From IMG/VR virus record IMGVR_UViG_3300021399_000002, positions 32,001-96,000 of that record: a stretch of 64,000 bases of DNA. One strand, given 5' to 3'. Numbering within the stretch: position 1 is the stretch's first letter; each line of letters starts with the position of its first letter. Positions 13,569-25,182 of this stretch are shown one piece after another. The translations under genes were made by a program, and so were the position numbers. The DNA comes from a virus (Duplodnaviria; Caudoviricetes). The notes under the pieces were generated by a model that saw only the letters and a program-made list of their open reading frames with translations, was not told where the DNA came from and searched no databases.

Positions 13569-16500
13569 ATGGCAAGTAAAGTAAGCGGCATTATTGAAAA
13601 AATATAGACTGGAAGCGGTACTCATGCAATCGCGGCAACCGCTTATGGATATTGCGAAACAGCCGCCAATGAGCCAGCTAAAATTGTAGACATGAGTGGT
13701 TTTAAACTTAATGAAGGAGTTACTATTCATGTTAAATTTAAGAATTCAAATAGCGCAAGTAATCCTACACTTAACGTGTAGGATACTGGCGCGAAGCCAA
13801 TTATTTATGGAACTACTATTAAAGATAATACTGATAATATATATGGCTGGAATGCAAATGATATTTTAATATTAACATATGATGGAACAAATTGGGTAAT
13901 TAGTAATAGTGCTTATGCAACAAGTGCAGGCTCCGTTTCTTCTGGAAATATAAGACCTATAAAAAGTAAAACTTTCATTACTAAATTATATAATTCGCCA
14001 TCATCGGGTGATAATTTTTATCAAACAGTTTTTAATGTTATACCAGACACTTATGATGCTATTTGGAAAATAAGATATAGATTAACTTTTACAGTTTCTG
14101 GGCACAATGATTATAACGCAATATATGATTGTGATATGAGTGGCAGGAGTTAGAATCTTTATAGTTATCATTGTTATAATAGTTTAGTTACATATCCTAT
14201 TTATTATCATGTATTATTTCGTGGTTCAAGTTTAAGTTATCCACATGAAGTTGGTTTTAGAATTGCAAGTTCATCTGGTGATACAACAATTTAGAAAACT
14301 GTTAAAGTAGATATTATTGAAGCGATAAATTGTACAATTTCTTTATTTGATGAAATAAAATCTTATAAAAATGTAACTGTTACAGGATACGCTAGAACTG
14401 ATATCACTGCTACTAGTAATGGATTATAGGAGACCGGTGATTCAGATTCATATGCTTATTATGTCTATAGTAATGGTTTTCGCATGACTGCTGGCGCGAA
14501 TAAAGTACTTAGATACACTTTTTTTGGAAGACTTGCAGATGGAACATATGAATCTTTTACAATAACTAGTAATACTACTAATACTTCTAAAATTAAAAAC
14601 CCAAATGGGTTTTTACCTGATGGGAAAATTTATTATAACTCAAATGGGTCAGATTATGTAGGAATTACTGGAGTAACTATATATGAACAATATCATAGTA
14701 TAGATTATAGATATACATTTAATATTAGTACTACTGATATTCCAGCAAGTTCTTAGACATATATTGTATTTACATATAATACATCGGATGGTTTACTTTA
14801 TCTTGATGACACTTGGTTTACAACTACGCCTAATCAAATAGGAAAGATATATTAGCGTATAGGCAATAACTATTATAATTAGGATGATTATAGAGGATCT
14901 CTATTATTAAATAATCCATATTATATTTATGATGGAGAAGATTTACAAGTATGGTAGCCTTATGCTGAAAAAGCAAATACTGTTCTATTGTCAGGGGTAT
15001 CTAATGCAGATAATCTTAAAGCCATTGAAGCAATATCAGGCACAAGTGGTCTATTAAAGAAAACTGCGGCGAATACATGGACATTGGATACTAATAACTA
15101 TGTAACTAGTTCTGGCATTACATCAGTCACAATTGGTGCTACTTCGCCAGTATAGTCGAGTACTTCAACAGCTCAAACTGGATCTAGTGCAAGTACTACA
15201 ATTTCACTTAAAGATGCATATGGCGATACTAAAAATCCTTATGGGGCAAAAGCAAAGAATCTTATTCTTGCGGGGCCTTCTAGTGGAAGTAATGCGGTAC
15301 CAAGTTTTAGAGCATTAGTCGCAGCTGACATTCCTACATTAGCATATGTTCCTGCTACTTCTGGAGCCAATGATGTAAATACATTAGTTAATACTGGTAT
15401 ATATAATATTACTTCTGGTTAGGCTACAAATACTCCTAAAGGATATGGATTTGGTCAGTTATTAGTAATGTCATATCGTAAACATACAGGTAATACTACA
15501 ACAGATTGGGCAAGTTAGATTTATTTACATAATGGAGTTGGAACTGAAACTGGAAATGCCACCGGCCCTGGTAATGTATTATATTATAGAACTAGTAGTA
15601 CATCATCTTCTAATAGTTGGTTTTCTTGGCAAAAAGCTGTTCATACAGCTGCTGCGTATACAAAAGTTGGTAATACTGATTAGCCAGTATACATTGCAGA
15701 AGATGGCAGTGCAACTGCTATAACTGCTGTTGGCGCCGCGTATGGTGGCACTGGTAAAACAACATTAAAAGATAGTGCTAATACATTAATAAATGCTTTA
15801 GATACTGGCAATTCTGATTTAACTGCGAATGACTATGTTATTACATAGTATGTTGGTGGTGGAACTACTACTACATCTTATCATAGACGTCCTGCTTCTA
15901 AAGTAATAAATACTACTTTAGTTAAAGCGGCATTAGGTACTGATTCTTCTACTACAAATTAGTGGCTAAATAAAAAAGGATTATGGAGTACACCGACTGC
16001 AGCGGAAGTTGGGGCCATTACTAAATTAAATAATTCTACTGATAATGCGATAGTAAAATTTGATGGAACTGCTGGCGCGATATAGAATAGTGGAGTTATT
16101 ATTGATGATAATAATAATATATCTGTATCATCTATTTTATCAAATTTATATTCTGGCTATAATTTATGTAAACTACAAACTTCGGCATCTGGTACTGAAA
16201 TAGTCATAAAAACAAGATTTAAATTTATTAATTCATCGACTATGCCATCTATTCGTATTCATGGTTATTCATATGGAAAAGGCGCTCCATTAGATTTAAC
16301 TATAGTATATTATATTTATAGCAATGAATTTTATACTCCAAAAGTTATTTCTACTGGCGGTATATCTCCAGATATATATTTATTTACATATACAGAAAAT
16401 AGTATCAAATATGTAGCAGTTGGGATTAAATCTTCACTTGGCTATCTTGGTTTTACAGTCGATGCTAATGGCGGAGCACTAGGCGAATTAAATATGAATC

Positions 16501-18878
16501 CAGAAAGTACTTTATGCACTACTGGATGGACTATTGAACATAATGGTTCCGATACTTCAAATACTTTAATTCCAGTAGTAAATACTGATAATTGTAAATT
16601 AGTCCCGTATTTAGCATTATCTACTACTGTTGAAAAAACAATATCAGCAAATCTTACTTCTACTACTAATGCAGTTGCATATTATACAAACACTACTGGT
16701 AAATTTGGTAGTAAAGCAAGCGCGAATGGCGCCCTATATGCCACAAGTGCAAATGGTGCATTACAATGGGGTACTTTGCCTATAGCATAGGGTGGTACAG
16801 GGAAAACAAATGCCGCTGATGCGTGGACCGCATTAGGCGGTGGAGCGTCAGGTAAACATGCTGATTCATATTTCGCTTTAGCATCGCATAATCATGCAGC
16901 ATCAAATATTACTTCTGGTACTTTTGATGTTGCAAGAATTCCAGATTTAAGTTGGAGCAAAATTACTTCTGATAAACCCACAACATTAAGTGGTTATGGA
17001 ATTACAGATGCTAAAATTGCTTCTGGTGTAATTACACTAGGTTCTAATACAATTACTCCAATTACTAGTATTGCTGAATTAACTAATAGTACTATTACTG
17101 CAGCCGATCTTCGTACAAATTTAGGACTGTCCGCAGCCTTACGCTTTGTTGGTAAGGCAACTACCGATATGAGCGAAAGTACTACTACCGCGCCGACTGT
17201 AACAGGAGTAACTAATTATATTCCAGAAGTTGGAGATGTTGTATTAGATAAAAATAGCGATGCAGAATATGTATGTATTGCTAAAAGTGGTTCAACGTAT
17301 ACTTGGGAACTATTAGGACGTAGTGGTTCGTGGGCAATAAGTACTCACACACACGGAAATATAACTAATGGTGGGTTACTTGATGCAGCGAATATGGCAG
17401 TAGTTACTGATGGTAGTAAGAAAATTACAACTGCTGATTTATCTGTTAGTGATTCTAATGCTAGTACAAATGCAACAACTACTTTTGTACAAGCAGTAAC
17501 TTAGAATGCTCAAGGGAAAATTACGGTTACAAAAGCATCTTTAAATACAAGTGGCACATGGAGTGGTAATGCTACTACAGCAACAACTGCAACAAATCTA
17601 GCGAATAATCCTTCTATTTAGACCGCAAGCAATAGTAATCAAGTTACAATTACAGCTGGTGGAAAAACAAGCAGCGCTTATACTATACCTTACGCGACGT
17701 ATGCCGAGAGTGCAACAAGCGCTACTACCGCGACATATATAAAATGTACTGATACACGCAATACTGCACTAAATCCTGCAGATTTAACCGCGGCGCAGGG
17801 AGTACGATTTGATTTTAAAGCAAAAGAGACTATTGATTTAACAGCAACTGATAATTATGCTGGAGTAATGAGTTTTAGGCCTATAGATTGGAGTAGTGGT
17901 AAGGCACATCAGCTTGCTTTTAATAGTCAAGGGCTACATTGGCGTAATGGAAGTTCTTCATGGGGAAATTGGTATCAAATATTAGATAGTAATAATACTG
18001 CCGCTGGTACTAATAATGCCGCAACTCTTGCATGGAATACTACTTATACAATTGCAAAAATTAATGGTACCGATATTAAGTTTACTACAATGGCTAAGCC
18101 ATCATATGCTTTCACAGACTTAACAGTACATCCGACTACATTAAGTGGCTATGGAATTACAGATGCCGCGGCAAATAATCATTCTCATACACTAAAAATT
18201 GGTAATAAATCTTTAAGTGTTAGTACGAGTGAATAGGAATGGAATTTACATGATATTTTAAAATCATCTACAGATATTGGTGTAGATACTACATGGGATT
18301 AGTATGACCCAGGAGTTTATTATGTTGCATCAAGTACGACTTTTACAGGAACAAATAATCCTGAAAATGACAACACAAATAACGGCATAGCGCCATATCG
18401 TTATGGTTAGTTAATTGTAAGTCGTGCTGGTAATGGAGGAATGGCAGAATTTTATATTTCTCATAATGATTCTAATAATGCTGGTTATGGAATACATTAT
18501 AGAACGGGTTGGAATAATACATATGTAGCTAAATGGAGTGTATTAATAGATAGTTATAATTATACTCAATATACTGTAAAAAAAGATGGCACCGGTGCAT
18601 CAGGTTCTTGGGGAATTTCTATTACTGGTAATGCTGCAACCGCTTCTAAAATCTCTGCTAAACTCGCTACAACCACTAAAACTTACTTACTCGGCACTAC
18701 AACCGCAATAACCGCAACTGCCGCGAATGTAGATATAACTGGTGATACTGGCGTTTATTTAACTACAACAGCAGGCGAATTAAGTGCAGTTCGTCATTCT
18801 TATAATGTTAATGGTACAGAAAAAGCATATACTTGCTATAATACAACCGATAATTCAATTGATTTCATCTTCATTTAA
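13569..18878 (+). CDS. Very long tail fibre protein (about 1,769 aa), TAG-recoded
   Basis: ORF fragments 14484, 16242, 17169, 17868 and 18441 are all in frame with ATG 13569; PTTLSGYGITDA and GGTG fibre repeats. Confidence 0.8.
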
Positions 18879-18881
18879 TAT

Positions 18882-18911
18882 TTGACAACTTTAAATCAGC
18901 TATGATATAAT
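18882..18911 (+). promoter_or_regulatory. sigmaA/70-type promoter
   Basis: TTGACA...TGATATAAT. Confidence 0.65.
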
Positions 18912-18963
18912 AAATTATAGGAGGGAATCCTTTCCCTCCTATACCTTCTCGGAGGTTAATTAT

Positions 18964-19311
18964 ATGTATAAATTGGAACTTGCCAATGGCACTATTATTG
19001 AAAATATAGATAGATTAAATCCAAGTACTTTCTAGTTTAGAAGCGATAATCCGAATTATTACTGGATTTTATCACCAAGTAACTTAGCATTTGCTGCTTT
19101 ATATAAAGATGATGAATTAGAAGATATATTTATTGACTATATGAGAACTTCCTATTTATTTTCTAATGGTTGGGTTAGATTTAGAATTATTCCAGTTAAA
19201 GAAGTAGAAGCATAGGAAGAAAGAGCTAAATTAAGAGAAGAAAAGAAACATAGAAAGTATGCGTAGAAAGGAGAAAGGATTTATGAGTTTAAAAATATGG
19301 CTTCCTCTTAA
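18964..19311 (+). CDS. Hypothetical protein, TAG-recoded
   Basis: GGAGG RBS; 3 in-frame TAG; absent from the ORF track. Confidence 0.65.
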
Positions 19312-20710
19312 TGGAGATTTGCATAATCAAGACACTAGTGCCTATAATATTACTGCAATTGAAACTACTCCAACTTTTACAGCAGGGAAAATTGGATAGT
19401 GTTATCAGCGAGCAAACACTAATTCATAGATAACAAATGGATTAAAAATCGAAGATAATTTATTAGGATTATTAGGAAGTACAGCAAGCGTTGCAGTATG
19501 GGTTAAACCATTAGGTACGCATACTCATTATAATGGAACAATTCTTAGTTCAGGCAATTGGAATGGTAAACGCTGGGCTTTTGGAGTGAGTTAGGATAAT
19601 AGTAAAGTTGATGTACTATGCGGCGGCTATAATAATTATATTTCATGCTCAGTTCCAGTTAACGAATGGACACATTTAGTATCTACATATGATAATGGAA
19701 TATGCACATTATATAAAAATGGAATTTATGTAGGACGAATTACTGGATAGGCTGCTTTTAATAGCAATGCAGATTGGACTGGTATATGTCGAGAAACTTA
19801 TGCAGGTGGATATTTTGGTTTTAATGGCTGTATTAATGATTTAAGAATATACGACCATGTGCTATCCGCGGCCGAAGTTAAGGAAATTAGTTAGGGATTG
19901 GTATTACATTATAAGTTGGATAATTCGAATGGAGTTGAGGATAGTAGTGGTTATAACCACAATGCCGTATCCAATGGTTCTGCCGCGGTAGCTTTAGATT
20001 CCGATACTCCCAAATATTCTGCTTCCGCAAAATTTATATCTGGTTCTAGAATAGCAATGCCTGTTGCTTCATCTACATGCCTACCAACAGATGCTATAAC
20101 AGTTAGTATATGGTATAAATCATCTGCTGGCACTGCTCGCTTCTTATCGTGCACAGAAAGTGGCGGTTGGAACTTTGAAGTCAATTCTTCTAAAGCTTCA
20201 TTTCCATTTTATATAAAAGGAAAAGGTTATGGTCGCGTTATTGCCACATAGAATTTCTATTCAGATAATGTATGGCATATGATAACAGCATCATATGATG
20301 GAATAAGCACTGCTAAAATTTATTTAGATGGCTAGTTAAATAATACTGCTACTATAACTAGCGGATGGGAAAATATACCACTTGCTTATAATGCTTCTAC
20401 TCCATTAACTCTCGGGGCAGAAGCTTAGACAATTGCATCTCCAATTGCGGGAACTTATGTAGGTAATTTAAGCGATTTAAGAATATATTGTACCGCATTA
20501 AGTGATGATGCAGTTCTCGAACTTTATCATACCAGCGCAAAAATTGATAACAACCATAATTTCCATACTTTTGAATTAGTAGAAGATTAGAATAAAATTT
20601 CTATCAACAAGCGCGGGCAAACTCTATGCGAAGAAATCATTGAGGATACTACTACTAAGTTCTATAAAAATACAAAAATAATTGAAACTAAACAATTAAT
20701 AGAAATTTAA
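19283..20710 (+). CDS. Tandem LamG/concanavalin A-like domain protein, TAG-recoded
   Basis: Two LamG-like repeats (WLPLNGD...WTHL...NDLRIY..LS and HYKLD...WHM...SDLRIY..LS). Confidence 0.8.
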
Positions 20711-20713
20711 TAT

Positions 20714-20743
20714 TTGACATATACATAATAAATATGATATAAT
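20714..20743 (+). promoter_or_regulatory. sigmaA/70-type promoter
   Basis: TTGACA...TGATATAAT. Confidence 0.65.
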
Positions 20744-20843
20744 ATAAATAGTAAATAGATGCTGCTTCGCGCCGTTTATTTGCTAACCTAATAGGGTCTC
20801 TGCGGTGCAGGGCCCTGTTATTCTGGCGCGGGAGGGATGACTT

Positions 20844-22673
20844 ATCGCACAATTAAAAGATACAACTGTATCAGGCAATTTATCAGTAAGTAATAATTTA
20901 TATACTGCTGAATTAACATAGACAAAAAATTTAAATTTAACCAGTGCTACCGCTTTAAAGGGAGTGTTTACAGATAGCAATAAAAATTTAACAACTACTG
21001 GAACACTTTCTATTGCTCAGGGGGGTACTGGAGCAACTTCATTAACTGATAATAGATTATTATATCCTTCTAGTTCTATTTTAACTTCTGGTGGACATTA
21101 TATTAATAGTACTAAATTAGCAATTAATAGTACTGATGAACCAACTGATGAATTATATGTGAATGGTTCAATTACATTAACTGGCACATTGAGTCAGGGA
21201 CGTACAAGCGGGTCAACAATAGGAAGAAATAGTTTTGCTTTCGGTTACAATGTGACAGCCTCCGGCAATTATTCTCATGCGGAAGGGCATAGTACAGTAG
21301 CTTCTAATTCTTAGGCTCATGCAGAAGGAGCTAATACGACAGCTTCTGGTATGTATTCTCATGCAGAGGGATATGGTACAACAGCTTCTGGTTCTCTCTC
21401 TCATGCGGAAGGATCAAATACAACAGCTTCTGGTTATTATTCCCACGCGGAAGGAAACTATACAACAGCTTCTGGTTATTATTCTCATGCAGAAGGCCAA
21501 TATACAACAGCAAATCATGAAAGCCAACATGTATTTGGTGAATACAATATTTTAGATGCGTCTTCAGCCACTACTAATCAGAGAGGTACTTATGTTGAAA
21601 TTGTTGGCAATGGAACTTCTACTACACGCTCTAATGCCAGAACTCTAGACTGGGGCGGTAATGAAGAGTTGGCAGGCGGATTAACAATTGGACAAACATT
21701 AAGTCGGGGACGCACAAGTGGATCAACCGTAGGAACTGGGAGCTTTGCATTTGGCGCAAATACAACCGCTTCCGGTATTTATAGTCATGCAGAGGGACAG
21801 AATACAATTGCGTCTGGGCGAGCTTCACATGCAGAAGGAGAAAGTACTATTGCTAATTCAAATTTGCTTCATGTTTCTGGTGCATACAATATTGAATCAA
21901 CATTATATCCAACATGGAGCAGTGGTGTTTATTATAATGTTGGAGATAAAGTAAGAGATTGGGAAAGTGTATATGGATATCAATGTATTGTTGGTCATGC
22001 AAATCAACGACCGCCTAATAGTAGTTATTGGATTGAACTGCCTTTTATTAGTGATGATTTATTTATAGTTGGTAATGGTACTAATGGAAATAATCGTTCT
22101 AATGCTATGACATTAACAAATCAAGGTAATGTTACTTTTAGTGGAGATATTCATAATAGTGGTATAATTTCTTCTTCTTCTGATATATAGGCGAGAATGA
22201 ATGTTGTTGCAGGATATGATCCTGCTAATAATTTTGCTTGGCCTACAGCAGATGGTATGCCACTATCGTATTTAATAGATATTACAGATAAAATAACATT
22301 AAATACTACTGATTATACTTTTGGTTCGATTGTTGCCAATAAAGCTTATCTTTGGGGACCAATGTGTTTTCTAACTTTAGGGTGCTCAATTACTAGAAAA
22401 AGTGGCACTTTTAGCAATACAGCGTTTACTAGATTAGATGATGTTATGACAATCAATGATTCCAATTTTTATCCACCAGACGGCTATTGGCATAATTCTA
22501 CAAGAGCTTATGCTGGTAATGCTAATAATTCAGATTTTTGTACTACATGGTTCTAGTCAACTGGCGGATTAACTATAATGGTTGGTCCAAGATGTTTTTC
22601 TAATAGTACAACAACAATGGTATATGTTCGTGGAATTGTTATGTGGCCAATTACTTATGGGCCTTTAACTTAA
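20844..22673 (+). CDS. Adhesin/tail-spike-like protein with YadA-head-like SHAEG repeats and a CBM5/12-like module; apparent ATC start; TAG-recoded
   Basis: Fragments 20964, 21351 and 22197 in frame; 14-aa ASG.YSHAEG..T repeats; GGAGG 8 nt before ATC-GCA-CAA-TTA-AAA-GAT. Confidence 0.75.
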
Positions 22674-22676
22674 TAT

Positions 22677-22705
22677 TTGACTTTTTTCAAATTTCATGAT
22701 ATAAT
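22677..22705 (+). promoter_or_regulatory. sigmaA/70-type promoter driving a coiled-coil gene and the suppressor tRNA
   Basis: TTGACT-N17-TATAAT with extended TG. Confidence 0.75.
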
Positions 22706-22778
22706 ATTTACAGAAAGTGAGGAAAGGAACTCACCTTCTAAAAATAATTTTTTTCATTACATAAGGAGGTAATGAAGT

Positions 22779-23123
22779 ATGGCTATTAAGGTATATAGCG
22801 ATAAGACACAGAAGTTCTATAACACTGTGGAAGAAGCTAATCGGGCAGAATTTGAACTAAAGGAACAGGAAAATCGTGAAAAGATTCGCAAAGAGCGGGA
22901 AGCCGCAGAAGCGAAGGCTAAGAAGGAGCAGGAAGCCGTAGAACGCAAGGCCGCCGCAGAGAAGGTTGAAGCCGCACGCAAGGCTATGGTTGCTGCGCAG
23001 AGAAATTATCGAGATGAACTCAATAATTTTATCAAGGCATATGGCACCTATCATTTCTCTTCTAATAATGTTGATGATTTTCCACATTTGTTTGATGTGC
23101 TAAATTATGCTTTTAACTGGTAA
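22779..23123 (+). CDS. Hypothetical coiled-coil protein
   Basis: AGGAGG RBS; E/K/A-rich helix; no TAG. Confidence 0.85.
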   Translation: MAIKVYSDKTQKFYNTVEEANRAEFELKEQENREKIRKEREAAEAKAKKEQEAVERKAAAEKVEAARKAMVAAQRNYRDELNNFIKAYGTYHFSSNNVDDFPHLFDVLNYAFNW

Positions 23124-23156
23124 TGGCTCGGGCTGAGCCAAAATCAGCCCTTTCGA

Positions 23157-23242
23157 TGCCCGTAGGTGTGCGGCTGCACGGGCGGTCTCTAAAACCGCGG
23201 CCTCTGAAGCAAACGGACTGGGTTCGACTCCCAGGCGGGCAG
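23157..23242 (+). tRNA. Amber suppressor tRNA (anticodon CUA), probably Gln-inserting
   Basis: Acceptor TGCCCGT/GCGGGCA; anticodon arm GCGGT-CT CTA AA-ACCGC; T arm CTGGG-TTCGACT-CCCAG; U1-A72 and G73. Confidence 0.85.
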
Positions 23243-23615
23243 GTAAGTTAAAAATATATATGTAACATGCGAGAAAATAGTTCAATTCTATTTTATCGCT
23301 TTTCTAGTTATCTCTCTTACTAGGCGCGAAAAATAGAGAGAAGGTATGTAAGTAGCCTTTATATAAATACTACCAGGAGTCATAACCCTGTTAGCTTATC
23401 CTAGGCAGGCAGAGTTGGATACCAATGCTAGGCATCTAAAATATATAGCATCAAGTCAGCTACCTTGTCAAAGTTAGCACCATTCCTTGAGGTAAAAAGA
23501 GGCGTAAGGCGACACGACATATCGCCTGTACAAATAGGAGTTGCGAACCTACGCGTACGATTCCGTAGTTCGAACCACTAACGCAATTAGTGCTTAAAAT
23601 TACGGAATTTTTTAT

Positions 23616-23644
23616 TTGACTTTTAATAAAAATTCTGATATAAT
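23616..23644 (+). promoter_or_regulatory. sigmaA/70-type promoter
   Basis: TTGACT...TGATATAAT. Confidence 0.7.
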
Positions 23645-23676
23645 TTATTTGTAAGAAAGAGATAAGGAGAATAAAA

Positions 23677-23856
23677 ATGGAAAAAATTGTATTGAAGTAT
23701 GAAGCCGATGATGCTGGTAATAATGATACAATTACAATGGAATTTAGTTCGGAAGAAATGACTATCTGGGAACTTGCAGACCGGCTGCAGCAATTTTGTA
23801 TAGCTATTGGATATTCTCCTACTATGTTAAATACAGTATTTAAAGATTATAATTAA
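23677..23856 (+). CDS. Small acidic hypothetical protein (59 aa)
   Basis: AAGGAG RBS downstream of a promoter. Confidence 0.65.
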   Translation: MEKIVLKYEADDAGNNDTITMEFSSEEMTIWELADRLQQFCIAIGYSPTMLNTVFKDYN

Positions 23857-23859
23857 TAT

Positions 23860-23888
23860 TTGACTTTTAACATAATTTAAGATATAAT
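23860..23888 (+). promoter_or_regulatory. sigmaA/70-type promoter of the tRNA cluster
   Basis: TTGACT-N17-TATAAT. Confidence 0.7.
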
Positions 23889-23907
23889 AATTATGTTGAA
23901 AGGATAT

Positions 23908-23980
23908 GCTCCAGAAGCTCAATTGGTTGAGCACCCGGCTTATATCCGGTTGGTTCAGGGTTCGAGTCCCTGGTGGAGTA
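23908..23980 (+). tRNA. tRNA-Ile(UAU)
   Basis: Cloverleaf; CCGG-CT TAT AT-CCGG; CAGGG-TTCGAGT-CCCTG. Confidence 0.8.
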
Positions 23981-24025
23981 CACCGACAAACTAGGGCAAT
24001 GTCGTTAAAAAATAGTTTAAGCCTA

Positions 24026-24141
24026 TAGGCATATACAGCAATGTAAGATGAAAATCAACATGTTACAAGTTCGACTCTTGTTAGTACCAATAGGTATTAT
24101 AGCTCAATTGGTAGAGCGTTTGACTTAAAAGATATGTCTAG
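24026..24141 (+). ncRNA. CAGCAA-stem RNA copy 1, enclosing a circularly permuted tRNA (Phe-like)
   Basis: Stem TAGGCATAT/ATATGTCTA plus ACAGCAA; inside, the T arm and 3' acceptor TAGTACC come before the 5' acceptor GGTATTA and D arm. Confidence 0.8.
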
Positions 24142-24204
24142 TATCTCGGAGAGACCCGAGTATAAATAATGCGAGCCCATTCTATGAAATGGTAATTGCT
24201 CGAA

Positions 24205-24276
24205 TCCCGTAGGGAGGAATGGATTTCCTCGGCGGCCAGTAAACTGCAACAGATGGTTCGATTCCATATGCGGCGT
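24205..24276 (+). pseudogene. Degenerate tRNA-like element (GTA loop)
   Basis: CCGTA/TGCGG partial acceptor; GAGG/CCTC D arm; ATGG-TTCGATT-CCAT T arm; irregular anticodon loop. Confidence 0.4.
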
Positions 24277-24449
24277 ACCGATATGAAGTTCGGAGTAGAG
24301 TAAAATTAGGGTCGATAATATAGAAAGCCGGCATTCAATGATTGTTATCGGCAGTAAAACCACTTAATACTCGTAAAGAGTGCCCTAACGATTAGTAGCA
24401 TAAATATAAATGTGTCGGGTGCGAATAGGGGTGGAGAATCCTATAATTT

Positions 24450-24568
24450 AAGACACGTCAGCATTTCTTCTTTGCTTGAGGAGCCCGTCAAGTGTTGGTT
24501 CAACTCCAACCCTTCCAATTAATGGAAGGTCGCTCAATTGGCAGAAGCGCGGTTATAAACGTGTCTAG
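24450..24568 (+). ncRNA. CAGCAA-stem RNA copy 2, enclosing a circularly permuted tRNA
   Basis: Stem AGACACGT/ACGTGTCT plus CAGCA; T arm GTTGG-TTCAACT-CCAAC; closed acceptor CCTTCCA-ATTAA-TGGAAGG; then D arm. Confidence 0.8.
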
Positions 24569-24574
24569 TTTTAT

Positions 24575-24650
24575 CGCGGGATAGTGCAGAGGTCTAGCAC
24601 GGTTGGCTCATACCCAACAAGCATGGGTTCAAATCCCATTCCCGCCACCA
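24575..24650 (+). tRNA. tRNA-Met(CAU), initiator-like (C1/C72 mismatch)
   Basis: GTTGG-CT CAT AC-CCAAC; encoded CCA. Confidence 0.85.
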
Positions 24651-24689
24651 ACTCAGAGCAAATGTGTGGCTAGCAACCTACTGCTATAT

Positions 24690-24760
24690 GGCCTCTTAGC
24701 TCAGTGGTAGAGCGGGCGGCTGTTAACCGCTTGATGGGAGTCCGATTCTCTCAGAGGCCG
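24690..24760 (+). tRNA. tRNA-Asn(GUU)
   Basis: GGCCTCT/AGAGGCC; GCGG-CT GTT AA-CCGC; T loop TCCGATT. Confidence 0.85.
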
Positions 24761-24949
24761 CTCGTGCTTTGATGACCAAATGTAGCTTGGCAGTAAATAA
24801 ATATTAATGCAGATGTGGGGTTATGATGTAAGCCTTTACCTTAAAAGACGAATTTCCACAGATACAGACCTGTGGCATAAGGCTATTGACCTGAAATGAA
24901 AGGTGTCGCCCTGGCAGATGGCAAGTTCGAAATAGTCTGCCGATTTTAT

Positions 24950-25026
24950 GCCCTATTGGTGTAATTGGTTAGCACAGTACCCTTTCAAGGTGCAGACGTG
25001 GAGTTCAAATCTCCCATAGGGTACCA
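24950..25026 (+). tRNA. tRNA-Glu(UUC)
   Basis: GTACC-CT TTC AA-GGTGC; encoded CCA. Confidence 0.85.
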
Positions 25027-25182
25027 ATGTAGAGCTGACTACATAGCATTGGGTCCGGAACTGATGCATCAGCCCGAAAAACCTGATAACTAGTGTCATG
25101 GTTAGACACGGCGTGTGTTAGGTATGGTTATGAAAGCACGCAACAAATCCTAGAAATAGGTCGGGGTAGCTCCCCGTTTTAT

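Noticed and set aside
21250-21860. DGR template/variable repeat in the adhesin gene
   Set aside because: These are 42-bp coding repeats of the SHAEG motif with no adenine-specific divergence, and no reverse transcriptase is in the window.
1072-22673. Apparent mass pseudogenisation of structural genes
   Set aside because: The interruptions I traced are in-frame TAG with no frameshifts, which recoding explains.
23243-23320. Theta (HDV-like) ribozyme expected 3' of a suppressor tRNA
   Set aside because: No nested double pseudoknot or L3/J4-2 consensus found by eye; a motif search is needed to exclude it fully.
23984-24030. Pistol ribozyme resemblance (CG-TTAAA...TTAAGCC)
   Set aside because: P2, P3 and the GU cleavage site cannot be built; kept only as a pseudoknot.
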